DNA of 64,000 nucleotides from Antedon mediterranea (Eukaryota > Animalia > Echinodermata): positions 29,438,388-29,502,387 of the forward strand of contig NC_092670.1 in NCBI RefSeq assembly GCF_964355755.1. The letters run 5' to 3'. A program made the translations under genes and the position numbers. This document shows, piece by piece, positions 40,034 through 51,821 of this stretch. Position 1 is the first letter of the stretch; the number at the start of each line of letters is the position of its first letter. Under the pieces are notes generated by a model. It saw only the letters and a list, made by a program, of their open reading frames with translations, was not told the DNA's origin and searched no databases.

Positions 40034-43000
40034 TTAATTAATTTTTTTTTTCGATAAAGTACGTTTTTTAGATAAAACGTCTTTTTTATTGAGGGTTTTT
40101 AATGCTTGAATTGAAACTTTTTTTTTATGCGACGCTTTAATTTTAGTTGGAACATTTGTTGTACTTGTGCTACTTCCTTTCTTAGCTTCTTTAAAAGAAT
40201 TTTTATCTTTTCCTAAAACTTTCTTTTTATTTAAAGTATATTTTGTAGACGTTTTCATTTTAGTTGAAATCCTCTTTTCCGTCAAAGGGTCTTCGTTCTT
40301 TTTCGAATGTTCTTTTTGGAGTGAAATTTTCCGGTTAATTTTAGAATATTTTTTAGGTAAAATACCTTTATTATTCGAATCTGCTTTATTGGAAGAAACT
40401 TCCTTTTCATTTGAAGCATCAGTATTACGTACTATTTCTTTATTCACGCGTTTTTCTTTGGGTAAAACTTTCTTTGTATTTGAAGTACCTTTTTTAGATA
40501 AAGTTTTTTCTTTCAATTCTTCTTTATCAGGTGAAACTTTCTTTTTATTCGAAGTATTTTTGTCTCTTAAACCTTCCTTATTAGGTGAAACTTTCTTTTT
40601 ATTTATAGCAGTCGAAAGTCCATCATTTGGCGAAACTATTTTTTTATTTGAGGTACCTCTTTTGGGTATAATTTCTTCAGCGGAACCCCCATAATTGCCT
40701 GAAGGTAAAACTTTCTTTTTATCTAAAGTACCTCTTTTTGGTATAATTTTTTCAGTCGAACCCCTACCGTTGGGTGAAGATTTCTTTTTATTTGAGATAC
40801 TTCTTTTGGGTATTATTTCATCAGTCGAAACCCCATCATTAGGTGAAACTTTCTTTTTAATTAAACCATTTGATTTAGCTAAAACATCTTCATTTACGTT
40901 CTTTTGTTCAGATGAAAATTTCTTTTTATTTGCAATCTTTTTATTCACATTTTTATCATTAGGTAAAGTTTTCTTTTTATTTGAAGATAAAGTTTCCTCA
41001 TTAACATTTTTATCCTTAAGTAAACCTTTCCTTTTTTCTTTTGAAAAACCTTTAGCTTTAGGTAAAACTTTCTTTTTATTTGACGGCTCTTTTTTAGGTA
41101 AAGTTTCCTTATTAACATTTCCATCTTGATGTAAATCTTTCCTTTTTTCTTCTAAAGAATCTTTCTTATTAAATAAAACTTTCTTTTCATTCGAAGAACC
41201 ATTATTTAACATTTTCTTTTTACGCGTACTTTCTTTTTTAGGTACAATTTTGTTATTTATTTTTTCATTCTTATTTGAGACCTCCTTTGTATTTAAGCCG
41301 TCGTTTTTATCCGAAACATAATGTTTATGAGACGAGGTTGATGTTTCGTTTTTAGATAAAACTTTCTTTTTAGGCAAAATTTCTTGTTTAGAGGAAATAT
41401 TTAATTTTCTTTTCAGTATAGTAACGTTTGTATTTGGAGCTTCAGCTTTTATTTTATTAGATGGTTTGTCATTTTTCGGTAAAGCTCCATTTTTGGAAGA
41501 CACATTTTTAGATTGAACCTCTTTTTTAGGCAATTTCCGATGATTTTTTATATCAGGTACAGTTTCGTTATTTAGTTTCTTACGTTGCACCTTTTGTGAT
41601 ACATCTTTTTTGGGCAGAATTTTCCGTTTACCCGTAGTTGCAACATCAAGAGATGCTTCTTCAATTTGAATTTGTTTAATCGGTGCAATTGCTCTAAATG
41701 GAAATGTTTCATTCATCGACAATTTTGTTTTAGATTGTTCATTTCTTTGATTATTATTTTTTATGGTTAATTTAAGTAAATCAGATGCCTTAATAATTTC
41801 CTGCTCCAATGCTTCCTTAATAATGACGTCATAGTTATCTATGTCGTCATTTATATTCTTTAATGTTTTAACACATGCAGCTGAATGACCTTTTGAACAG
41901 AAAGGTCCGTAAATACCTTCAAATCCCTTTGGAGGTTTTCTAGCCCATGGTCCCCATACACCTCCGTGTTTTGATGGATCTGCAGCTGGGTCTGGCGGTG
42001 GGTATTTTGGATGAACAGCAGTTTGGTTATATTTAGCTAATTGTCTTAATAGTTTCATAACAACGTCAACGTGCTTTTCAGAGAGGTCATTTTGCTCATA
42101 TGGATCAGCTGTTATGTTAAACAACCACAGTACCTTCCCACTGTTGCGCTCTGGAATGATCGTTTCATGATGAGAATCTGCTGGAGCATACCAACCAAAC
42201 CTATTACTGGTTCCTGTAATTAGCTTCCAATCGCCTTGTCGTATTGCTGCGCGTTGGCCTACATCAAATATCTTTTTGACACTTTGCTTGCCCCATCGGT
42301 CTCTAGATGTAAGTGGTAGTCGTAGTGAATCTATATTATGAAGAATTTCTTTCCGTCGAGAAGGTTTATTTTTTCTTATGCTTTCCCAAATGTTATAACC
42401 ATCGAGTGGTTTTGCACCTCTATATTTACCTTTTGCAATACCCTCAACTATCGTCGGGAACCAGTCGCTTACGTGTATCAACTGTCTATTGACTGTACCT
42501 CGAATAGATTGTGGAAGCAGTTGACTATGCACAAATCCAACTCCGCGTATTCCTCCTTCCCACAAAGTTCCTTTCATTCCACGCAATGGCCAGTTACTCC
42601 CTCCGCTGCTATGCACTTGTGCACCATTATCAGTTGAAAATATGATCACTGTATTGTCATAAATACCCTTTTCTTTCAAGGCTGCAGTAATATTGCCGAC
42701 AGCTTCGTCTAAACACGTTACCATCCCTGCGTAAATTTGCCGATTTCTATCCCGGAATACATCTTTATATGGCAGACTATAACTTTCTGGAACTTCAAGT
42801 GGAGTGTGAACGGCTTGGAATGGTACATACAAAAACAACGGCTTATCTGGCTTATGAGACATTATAATCTTTCGTGCTTGTCTGGCATACAAAGTAGTCG
42901 AATATTTGTTCTTATACTGCCTAGCGACATTTTCATTCACCCTAAAATCATATCCACCTTGAGTTTCATGAGACCAATGGCCTCCACTGCCAAGTAATAT

Positions 43001-43621
43001 TCCAAAAAAAGAATCAAAACCTCGCTTCGTTGGTAAACACGCTTTCCTATAAAATCCTAGATGCCATTTTCCAACCATATGCGTTGTATATCCGAGTTTC
43101 TTTAAATTTTCCGGAAGTGTTTCCTCGTCAAGAGGCAGACAATTTGGCACTCCCGCTTTAATAGTACCATGTTGTAGACCAGTGTGTATTTGATACCGTC
43201 CAGATAATAACTGACTCCTTGTAGGGGAACATTTTGGCTGAACATAATAATTTTCAAGAATGACTCCTTCTTTTGCAAGGTTGTCCATTACCGGGGTTCT
43301 AATTTTTGATCCATGATATCCAATATCATTAAAGCCATAATCATCGGCCAGTAAGAACACAACGTGTGGTCTGCTTTTGATAGGTTTTTCTTTCTCTGCA
43401 GATTTTATTCCAACGTGTAATGTCTTCTCTGAATAAAAACCTCCGCATACAATTATTAAAAGGAGACAGCTAACTAATCCCAGCAGTAACGCCAGCACGG
43501 GAGAACAACGTTTAAACCTTCGATCTTTTTTCAGTCGAATTTCATTATTCATGTCTCCAATAACTTTTCCTCGAACTGTAGTTTCACCTCCAAGTACTGT
43601 ATTTTCTCCCGACTGCTTCAT
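40034..43621 (-). CDS. Intronless arylsulfatase B/I/J-like sulfatase with type II signal-anchor and long Lys-rich C-terminal tail (1195 aa)
   Basis: ATG at 43621 (track starts at upstream GTG); hydrophobic VLALLLGLVSCLLLIIVCGGF after basic residues; FLLADDYG, formylglycine motif CSPTRSQLLSGRY, GKWHLG, AVHTP, STDNG, KGTLWEGG, terminal GVWGPW; then ~635 aa low-complexity Lys-rich repeats. Confidence 0.93.
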   Translation of the reverse strand: MKQSGENTVLGGETTVRGKVIGDMNNEIRLKKDRRFKRCSPVLALLLGLVSCLLLIIVCGGFYSEKTLHVGIKSAEKEKPIKSRPHVVFLLADDYGFNDIGYHGSKIRTPVMDNLAKEGVILENYYVQPKCSPTRSQLLSGRYQIHTGLQHGTIKAGVPNCLPLDEETLPENLKKLGYTTHMVGKWHLGFYRKACLPTKRGFDSFFGILLGSGGHWSHETQGGYDFRVNENVARQYKNKYSTTLYARQARKIIMSHKPDKPLFLYVPFQAVHTPLEVPESYSLPYKDVFRDRNRQIYAGMVTCLDEAVGNITAALKEKGIYDNTVIIFSTDNGAQVHSSGGSNWPLRGMKGTLWEGGIRGVGFVHSQLLPQSIRGTVNRQLIHVSDWFPTIVEGIAKGKYRGAKPLDGYNIWESIRKNKPSRRKEILHNIDSLRLPLTSRDRWGKQSVKKIFDVGQRAAIRQGDWKLITGTSNRFGWYAPADSHHETIIPERNSGKVLWLFNITADPYEQNDLSEKHVDVVMKLLRQLAKYNQTAVHPKYPPPDPAADPSKHGGVWGPWARKPPKGFEGIYGPFCSKGHSAACVKTLKNINDDIDNYDVIIKEALEQEIIKASDLLKLTIKNNNQRNEQSKTKLSMNETFPFRAIAPIKQIQIEEASLDVATTGKRKILPKKDVSQKVQRKKLNNETVPDIKNHRKLPKKEVQSKNVSSKNGALPKNDKPSNKIKAEAPNTNVTILKRKLNISSKQEILPKKKVLSKNETSTSSHKHYVSDKNDGLNTKEVSNKNEKINNKIVPKKESTRKKKMLNNGSSNEKKVLFNKKDSLEEKRKDLHQDGNVNKETLPKKEPSNKKKVLPKAKGFSKEKRKGLLKDKNVNEETLSSNKKKTLPNDKNVNKKIANKKKFSSEQKNVNEDVLAKSNGLIKKKVSPNDGVSTDEIIPKRSISNKKKSSPNGRGSTEKIIPKRGTLDKKKVLPSGNYGGSAEEIIPKRGTSNKKIVSPNDGLSTAINKKKVSPNKEGLRDKNTSNKKKVSPDKEELKEKTLSKKGTSNTKKVLPKEKRVNKEIVRNTDASNEKEVSSNKADSNNKGILPKKYSKINRKISLQKEHSKKNEDPLTEKRISTKMKTSTKYTLNKKKVLGKDKNSFKEAKKGSSTSTTNVPTKIKASHKKKVSIQALKTLNKKDVLSKKRTLSKKKIN

Positions 43622-44046
43622 CACGGTCCGTTTACTGACACGACGTGAATAAAACTAGCCAACGAATCAAAACAGTTACCCATTAAATAGGATTACTAAC
43701 AGCTGATTGTATGAAATGAACTGTGTGGCAAGTGGGCGTTGAACGATTCCCCAAATAGCGCGTCCCGGAGACCCCCGTTCGATAAAGTATTGATCACAAA
43801 TTTAAAGCACGTGATATTACGTCTCAAGAGAAGAGTAAATTCAGTGTCTTCCTGACAGGAAGCAATAGAGGCTTAACAACTTATCAAGCCGACAATTCCA
43901 ACCAAACTGATTACCAACAGACAAACGCTTAAACTAGAACAATTGAAATGGCTAAGAGTTATATATCATAATTAATCATTTTACTTCCAGGGAAGTACAG
44001 TTCAGACGTGTGAATATCAATCAGTTTCAACTAATAGTTTTCTATT
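43622..44046. promoter_or_regulatory. Putative bidirectional promoter arylsulfatase/FReD1
   Basis: Only 425 bp between divergent ATGs; inverted ETS-like pairs cttcctgacaggaag (43848-43862) and acttccagggaagt (43983-43996), E-box cacgtg (43808), TATA-like tatata (~43960). Confidence 0.5.
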
Positions 44047-44455
44047 ATGAAACTGTTAAATTTAATTACGAATGTATGTTTATTTCTTTCTGTTTTAAAG
44101 TTCAGTGGATATGAATTAGCTATATTCGTTGAGGGCGCAGCAGACATAACTTTGGATAGCAGACACTTTAACAATGTTGAAGATAATTCTAAACAAATTA
44201 TTTTAAAATGTGAATATGTAAGTAATGCCACAGAACCAAATTCCGAAAGCTCTAAAGTTTTCATCTATGACAATTCATCAAGTTGTAAGTGCAAGGAGAA
44301 TGCGAGTATTCTCGAGCAAATTGAGGAACTAAGTCAAGAAATAGGAGGCCTAGCCGGAGTAAACCAGAGTAAAGAATGTCTCCGTATGTCTTTAGCGGTA
44401 GAAGGACTAACAAACTACCTAGTATCTGATAAAGCAGTTAACACTAGATTTGCAG
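44047..44455 (+). CDS. Fibrinogen-related domain protein 1, exon 1 (signal peptide + Cys/coiled-coil stalk)
   Basis: MKLLNLITNVCLFLSVLKFSG signal-like; heptad ILEQIEELSQEI; donor CAG|GTAAGT phase 1 joins exon 2 in frame. Confidence 0.78.
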
Positions 44456-44755
44456 GTAAGTGAAATATTAAGCCGCGGCACGTGTGTACAGAAAGTGGTA
44501 GTTTGCTACTAGATCACTGTGCCTGTACATGACTTTCTAGTTACTTTAGGTCAGCTTGATTTGTCAATCAATAGCGGACGCTAGTAGTTTATTAAGGCGG
44601 AAAATGGGAATTTGTAAACTCGTACGACGAGACATGCTCAAACCCGAAAGCACGACTGGGAGAAAAGAATCTTCCTTCCTCTATGATGATAAAATAGTTT
44701 TTTTCGAATTGTGTGTATCAGGAAGCTGTGTATAGATAAAGAATTGTTTGATTTA

Positions 44756-44936
44756 AGCGTGGTTCCCACTAGCGACGCAACACAAGGACGTAACGCAACG
44801 CAGGTGAATTGACCAATCACAAGCGATGGCGGCTTATTCGCTTGTGATTGCCAGCTGTCTATAACTTGCTTGTCATTGGTTAAAACGCTTGCGTTGCGTT
44901 TACGTCCTTGCGTTACGTTCTAGTGGGAACCAAACT
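44756..44936. mobile_element. Harbinger-type MITE
   Basis: TIR agcgtggttcccactag / ctagtgggaaccaaact, largely palindromic body, TTA TSD. Confidence 0.8.
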
Positions 44937-46849
44937 TTAGTGAGTACGTTTTGTCGCGGCTGTAAGACAAAGATTCTGAGAAATTAGACATTTTGTTTAC
45001 TGTTGGGGTATGTAAGCAAGCAAATTCCCTACAACGGAATATGCATAATACTATTATCTTTATATGTATATGTATTGGTGATTGATTGTTTGCTGATTTA
45101 ATGAATTGATTGATAAGCTAAATCAACTAAGGAAAGTCCAATAATACATAATTATATCCTTAAAACAATTAAATAGAGCATTTCACATTGTATTTTATGT
45201 TACACAAAATGTTTCTAGTTACTGTCGAGCGGCGTTTGTTGTAAGAATATTTCTTGTTTAAAAACAAATTCTTCAAATTATTCTTACAAATCCAAATATT
45301 TGTACGCTAGGCGTCGATCTAATAACCTAGGTATTTATGTCATTATTAAGCCATTCCAAATCTTTATCCAGTTGGCGCTGGTTAGTATACCTAAAGTTTT
45401 AAATTGCAACAGAGAGCAAAAGCGGTATGTTATGATTCATATCCATTTCAATTTTAGATATGTATATTCGCCATTTTTAAGTCAATTAATTTTATATTTT
45501 GGTCATACTTCATGTTCAATTTATAATGTATCTTGATTAACGCGTTAATTTGCAAATAATTTTATAGACTTTATGGAATGACGTATCTAATATTAAACTG
45601 AAATCACAAATCAAAATAACTTATCAAATTAAATATTATTATAATTACCGTACTGTCTCTAGTATTCGTTGTAATTGAATGGGCGTGGTCAGTGTTACAT
45701 TGCAGACTACGTGTTATTAGACGCATTTTTCCATATCGACAGACAAATAAGTATACTTGAAATCCATATGATTTATATTGCAAGGTCAAGTTCAAACATT
45801 TTATTTATACTTCATGAATTTAAAATAAAATTGATAGTAATCTTACTTACATATATAAAATCATTATAACAAATACATACAATAAAGTGATAAAATTCCA
45901 GACATTACAAAAAATACAGTTATACAAGTTTTTTCAGGATAGCCCAACAATCTTAGCCTATTCCCGTTATGGTATACATTTAGATCTCGAATAAAGAGCA
46001 GCAAGAACGTCAACGGATACTATGTGTCTTCATAACAGTTAGGATCATTATTATCTAAAATAAATAATCTAATCATTAATGCGTTAAAACATATATACAA
46101 GTTAATTAATTTAAAAGTACTGAATGTGATTTAAATTTGTCTAAAAATTACTCTTGTTTTCAATATGCTGACAAGATTTAAGGTAGGTTCTCTGCCTGTA
46201 TAATTAAATGTTTTATGATGAGATACTATCGGATTTAGAAACTGAAAAACCATTGACACTACTTCTACTGTAACTCTTTAACTTTTTCAGGTACTGATTT
46301 CCATAAGAGCGTGATACAAAATGTATCCACGTTTCGCTTCATTTATTCAATATTCTGCACACATACACACATTAACATATTGAGGTTGAAATCAGTGTAC
46401 AGTATGTGTAGAAGAAAACCAAAATAAATATAACAAAACATTACACCTAGGCTCTCACAAAAGACGAAGTAACAAAAAGATGCTAAATAATAAATATAAA
46501 AGAGAACAATTTAAAACGGAAAATTAATCATACAAGCACATGAAAAAAAAATTCCCCAAAAATGAGATACCAGAACAAGATTAGTTAAGTAAACTGCAAT
46601 TAGAGATAATCATGGAATGATATAAACCTAATAGTCCTACATTTGTGTTTTATATCCAGAGATATAATATATTTTGTCAATCATACAGAATAATGAAGAA
46701 TTAGTCGGATAAGCATCCATTTAAGTTACGTTAGTATTGAATAGACCTATCCCTATGTATAGTTTATGGTTATAGAAAATATCGATTTCTTAAACATGTA
46801 ACTATAGGCGTACATATTTTATCTACTATATTCACATTTTATTTTGTAG

Positions 46850-46986
46850 AGACCGCTGCAAGAGACTGCAATGATATCCAAAGATTAGGCTATAATGAGA
46901 GTGGAGTATACACAATTCTACCTCATGACTGTGGGCCTGCTTTTCAAGTTTATTGTGATTTGGAGACTATGGGTGGTGGCTGGACG
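46850..46986 (+). CDS. FReD protein 1, exon 2
   Basis: ARDCNDIQRLGYNESGVYTILP...FQVYCDLETMGGGWT, start of fibrinogen C-terminal domain; tag|...|gtttgt. Confidence 0.9.
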
Positions 46987-47208
46987 GTTTGTAATTTTTA
47001 CCGTATATTACTCTGTTTTTTAACTACAGTATAGTCTTAAAACTGAAATGATGGAAATTGGATTTGATAACCAAAGAATATTAAAACAATATTCGTTGTG
47101 AGACGATAGCGATGATACAAGGGATCATTAAAAACCCAGTGCGATAAACAAAACACTATCATACATGTCAGTTATCAATACAGGATTTAATTGCATTTAT
47201 TCGATTTA

Positions 47209-47910
47209 TTAGTCGCGTGCAACGCGACTCTACAGCTTACTATGTCGGTCGGTTGGTCGGTCGGTAAACACTAACTTGTATATGACTTTATCTTGATATC
47301 AGTTTAATCTAGCTAAGTCAATTTTTCACACAGTATATTCCTTATGGCCAGGAATCGATGTGGTTATGTTTTCACGGTGCGCAATAAAAAATTACGCGGT
47401 CTACGCACGATTTAACGAAATCACGTTTGTAATCATATCTTCACAACCATGAATCACAATTAAATGAAATTTGGTACTCATACATTTCAGGGCATAAATC
47501 ATCATATGGCAATACAATTACGTGCGTAGCGCATGTAACGCATGCGTACGCGCGCTTTAAATGTTCAAAATTTATTTTCGATGAAATAAGAGTACGTTTC
47601 AGGCAATTTTAGGCGTTTACAAAATTGCCATGAGTGCGCAGATGTTTGCGCGCGCACTGCGCGTTAAATGTTATTACGCACTCTTTTTGCCCGATTTCTG
47701 TTTTCTTGACTCACTTTTCAACTCGAAATTACGTTATACGAGCACATCAAAAGTGACAGGCTACGCACGTGTAAATTAAAAAAATATAAATGTTTTTAAA
47801 CTTTTCAACATTTTTAAATATGTTCAGCAATTTCGGTCAGTTGGTAGGTTGGTCGGTCGGTCGGTAAACACTAATGAGCACGCGACTGCAGCCATCTATA
47901 TGGCCTTGTT
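47209..47910 (+). mobile_element. HINE-like element with (GGTC)n microsatellite in FReD1 intron 2
   Basis: Head TTAGTCGCGTGCAACGCGACT, (GGTC)n tracts, tail CACGCGACT + hairpin GCCATCTATATGGC + CTTG|TT. Confidence 0.72.
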
Positions 47911-48019
47911 TAAAATTGATCCAAAAATGACCGGGGTAATAATATATAGAGCACTTAGAAGTTTCACATTTTATTATTATAAATCCAGTAGTAATTATGT
48001 TAATTATTGTTTTGTATAG

Positions 48020-48284
48020 GTTATTCAGCGCCGACAAGATGGCAGCGTCGGTTTTTATCGAGGCTATGGCAGTTATCGTCGAGGATTTGGAAATGTTAAT
48101 GGTGAATTTTGGCTCGGGAACCAGAATATGCATCGTATAACAGACCAAGACGAATATGAACTGCTTATTGAATTGTGGGATTTCAACGACACTAAAGTGT
48201 ATGCGCGTTATGACGGATTTTATATTGGTAGTCACCATTCCAAGTTTAGATTAGAACTCGGCAAATACATTGGTGGAGATGCTG
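48020..48284 (+). CDS. FReD protein 1, exon 3
   Basis: VIQRRQDGSVGFYRGYGSYRRGFGNVNGEFWLGNQNMHRIT...YELLIELWDF...GDA; tag|...g|gttagt. Confidence 0.92.
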
Positions 48285-48832
48285 GTTAGTTTTGCTTCCT
48301 ATAATTAATTTTACACACATGCAAACGCATTCATGTATTACAATTGTTAAAGATCAACACTTATTATCTATAGTTAAACATACAAGTGCGAACTTCCCCA
48401 CTTCTCTGCTTGTGCGCATCAACCTACCTACCCAGATAGGGTAGGTAGGAGATAACATTAAGATTAAGATTATGGAGAGTGTTGGTATGGGATCAACATC
48501 GCATTTAATGAATTGGTGTACTTTGAATCAATTTATCCATCATAATTCATTGACAAAATGCTAGATCAGGAAGCTATGCGGACGCGGAGTAAAGCCATTA
48601 TAGTGTGGCAAAAATTCTCTAAATGTTTACAAAACGCTGAACGTGCATTAGATCGCGATAATTATCACCATTAGATATCACTTTTCTGTTAAGTGGGCTA
48701 ATTCCAAATGACACGTGAGGCGTAATTAACCAATCAAATTGCAAGAATAAAACCGGGTTTGTTATAACAAAACATACGTACTGCGCTATTATAATTTTGT
48801 TGTTTTTCTTTTGATTGATATATTTATTATAG

Positions 48833-49083
48833 GGGATTCACTGTCCTACCACAGTGGCAACCCGTTCAGTACCAAAGACCGAGATCATGACATGATTGAT
48901 TACAACTGCGCCCTCAACTATGGTGGCGGTTGGTGGTATCTTGGTTGCCACTACTCCAATCTCAACGGGCTCTACCTGATAGGTGAAACGGAACTATTTG
49001 GTAAGGGAATCGTCTGGTACGATTTCAGAGGACAAAACTATTCACTCAAAAAGACTGAAATGAAAATTAGAATTAAAGATTAA
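48833..49083 (+). CDS. FReD protein 1, exon 4 (last)
   Basis: [20 protein letters not shown]...NCA...[15 protein letters not shown]...[22 protein letters not shown]; spliced product ~353 aa. Confidence 0.93.
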
Positions 49084-51033
49084 GATTGAATTATTGTTAA
49101 TATTATTACAAATACCAGTATGTTAAGTATATTATTTTTATCAATATTATAAAAAAAAAACAAATTCGATTTTATTGTGTTGATAAAAGTTTTGTTTTCT
49201 GACCGCTCGACGCCACAATGCGTATTGCCCTATAAGTTTAACATAAAATATACGTTTACTACACATTTTTGTGTGTTTTCTTATATCTAACAAGTACTTT
49301 GCAATTAAAAATCGATAATTACACATTATTCCTAATATACAAAAATAAAACTGCGTCTTATATTTCAAATTTATGCAACATACAATGTAATTACTCAGAA
49401 GTATGTGTATACAGTAAAAGATAATAACAATACCTTAAAAAATCATTTAAATTGTTTTCATTAACTGAGATACATTTGAGAAAGGTTCAGTATCATTAGT
49501 TCGAAAGTTTTCTGAAATAACTAGACCTATAATGATTATTTCCTTTTCAAGGAAATTCTTGTGATTATCGGTCGAGAGTACTAGTTTTAAGTATGAAAAT
49601 TCACGTATCGAAATTTTATTATCGTAACATGTTTAGAAAACTAAACTCGGTGATATCGATGCACTGTATAGGCATTTAGTGATCTGGAAGTCAGGGTTAG
49701 ATTATTCCTTGTTTGAAAAATGTATAATACAAAACAATAATAACACCTTAAGTCTGAAAAGGTACCGCTCCTCTAAACGAAACAAAAGATAATGCACCCT
49801 GGGGAAAGTTTGAGTCTGAGAAAATGGCGCTGATTCAAACAAGGTTAACACGATATCATTTCATTGAAACGAATTAGATTTACTTGAAAGATCATGACAT
49901 AATAACGTCATAGTTATGCCCTTAGCTAATGCTAACAATGTAGACAGAACAACAGCGCCCTGTCGGAAATTATCGAACTTCTGACGGAAGACCATACAAT
50001 ACTACTATGAGAAAATTACTTTCGGGTCAGACTGTGGTCTTGGGTTGATCATTAATATACTGAATGACGACTTATATCGTACATAGACTATAGGCATCAT
50101 TATTGCTGCTTACGTATGTGGGAATACAAATGAAGAAAAACTGTGGTGGCACTTTCTGAAAGTGTGTATAATGATCTTTAAAACAGTCGCTATAATTCAA
50201 TGTTACTTTATGTCACGTGGTTTTACTTTCTGGTTTTTACAATTCCCATGATTTTACAGGTAAGCTTCGGTATTTACCTTCATTCAGTTTGTTATTTAGA
50301 AGGAGCAATGCTGTAACAATGGTAAGTTGAAATACCATTTTAAAATTAAACCAAGCGTCATCACCTGTCATATTATTTAAGTATTTGTGTAGATAATGTT
50401 GAAGAGTTGTAGTAATATTCTGGCACAAAAGGAAGTCGTACACTCTTTCATTACTGTATTTTAATTTTGCGGAGCAGTGATCTCACTCAGAGGTTCTAAT
50501 ATTTACATTCAAGGTTGCGAGAGAATATTTATTGAACTGGAAAGTCATAAGACAATAACATAGAAGATCAAGTAATTATTAAAGAATGTAACATTGGTCT
50601 TTGTGTTGACGTCATTTCCTTTTCACTACATTGTTGTTTTTTTTTTATAAGTAAGAGGTAATTTAATAGAGCGTAAGTAATTTAAAACAAAAATTGAAAT
50701 AAATGTTTTAATGATTTTGCATAGAAAAGAACTATACTGAAATAGTATTCATCTCAACTCTGGGATTATATTAAAAATGTATCTGACTGATTTGAATGTT
50801 TATGTGTGTCATGTTAAGGCCTTCAGTTGTTTAATGATTTGAATCAGCTGCTCCTAATACGTTTATATTACGTTCAATATATTCAGCTACTAAGAATTTG
50901 AATGCAGTACCCGTAATTTGACATTCCGTAATGAAATGTTCTTCTTTTGAATACATGTGTAGGTCTATGTAGACATAATGGATACACCGATATAAATACG
51001 TAGATATTTGTATTGTGGACAATACAGTAAAAT

Positions 51034-51367
51034 ATGTATAGCAAGGCATTTTTATGCCTACTTGTTAGTCTGCTGAATTCGGTATTTGCAAGTAATGTAA
51101 CGGACACTTTTCTAACGATTGGACAAGCTGGATCGTTTGATATAAGTTCTGAAGTAGGTTCATTGGCTCGACCTCATCAACCATTTCATCAGACATCTCG
51201 ATCAAATGTTTCAAACAGTCAAGTGCTTGAAGCTGTAGAAAAATTATCCATTGATATTCGGACTCAATTGTCAGAGTGCAGTGGGGGAAGAATCAGGCAA
51301 CTGGAGCAGGCTGTTCTTGATTTATCAAGTGTATTGAAAGTATTTGTTAATCAAGGTCAGACCAAAG
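51034..51367 (+). CDS. Fibrinogen-related domain protein 2, exon 1 (signal peptide + coiled-coil)
   Basis: MYSKAFLCLLVSLLNSVFA signal peptide; VLEAVEKLSIDI...IRQLEQAVLDL heptads; donor AAG|GTAATG phase 1. Confidence 0.8.
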
Positions 51368-51405
51368 GTAATGTGTTTATTTTATTTACACATTGAATGT
51401 AATCA

Positions 51406-51606
51406 ATAGGGAGCTTTCGATATGTGACGACCGACGTGTTACATCATGTTATTTCATTGTTCGCATGTGGAATATTTGGGCGTGTGACTTTGCTCCCATT
51501 TTGAGACAGGTTTGATGGTTTCTAGATCCAGACGACGACGACACATCGATTGACATGAACTAGGCTGGTCATCCGTCCTTAGTTGTCGCAAATCGAAAGC
51601 GTCCTA
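51406..51606. mobile_element. Small MITE
   Basis: Imperfect TIR tagggagctttcgatatgtgacgac / gttgtcgcaaatcgaaagcgtccta. Confidence 0.55.
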
Positions 51607-51821
51607 AAACTTCCACTACAGTACTACCCGTGCAACCATACTAACTGCCATAATTGATCTTGTGGATATCATTATAAGTAGTAAAGGCCTAATCTAGCAC
51701 TGCTTTTTTAAGTAAACGTTTAATTCAACTTCACCCTAACTATTATCAAATCTACAGACTTAAAATTGAATAATGTGTGGATCATTTACATCTGGTAATG
51801 CGGGCAATGGAAATTAATCTT

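Noticed and set aside
40167-41129. Plus-strand Phe/Leu-rich ORFs (175 and 144 aa)
   Set aside because: Antisense shadows of the Lys-rich sulfatase tail (AAA read as TTT); no independent coding evidence.
48423-48449. Perfect 11-bp hairpin cctacctaccc-agata-gggtaggtagg
   Set aside because: Isolated and low-complexity; probably collapsed transposon ends, no supporting context.
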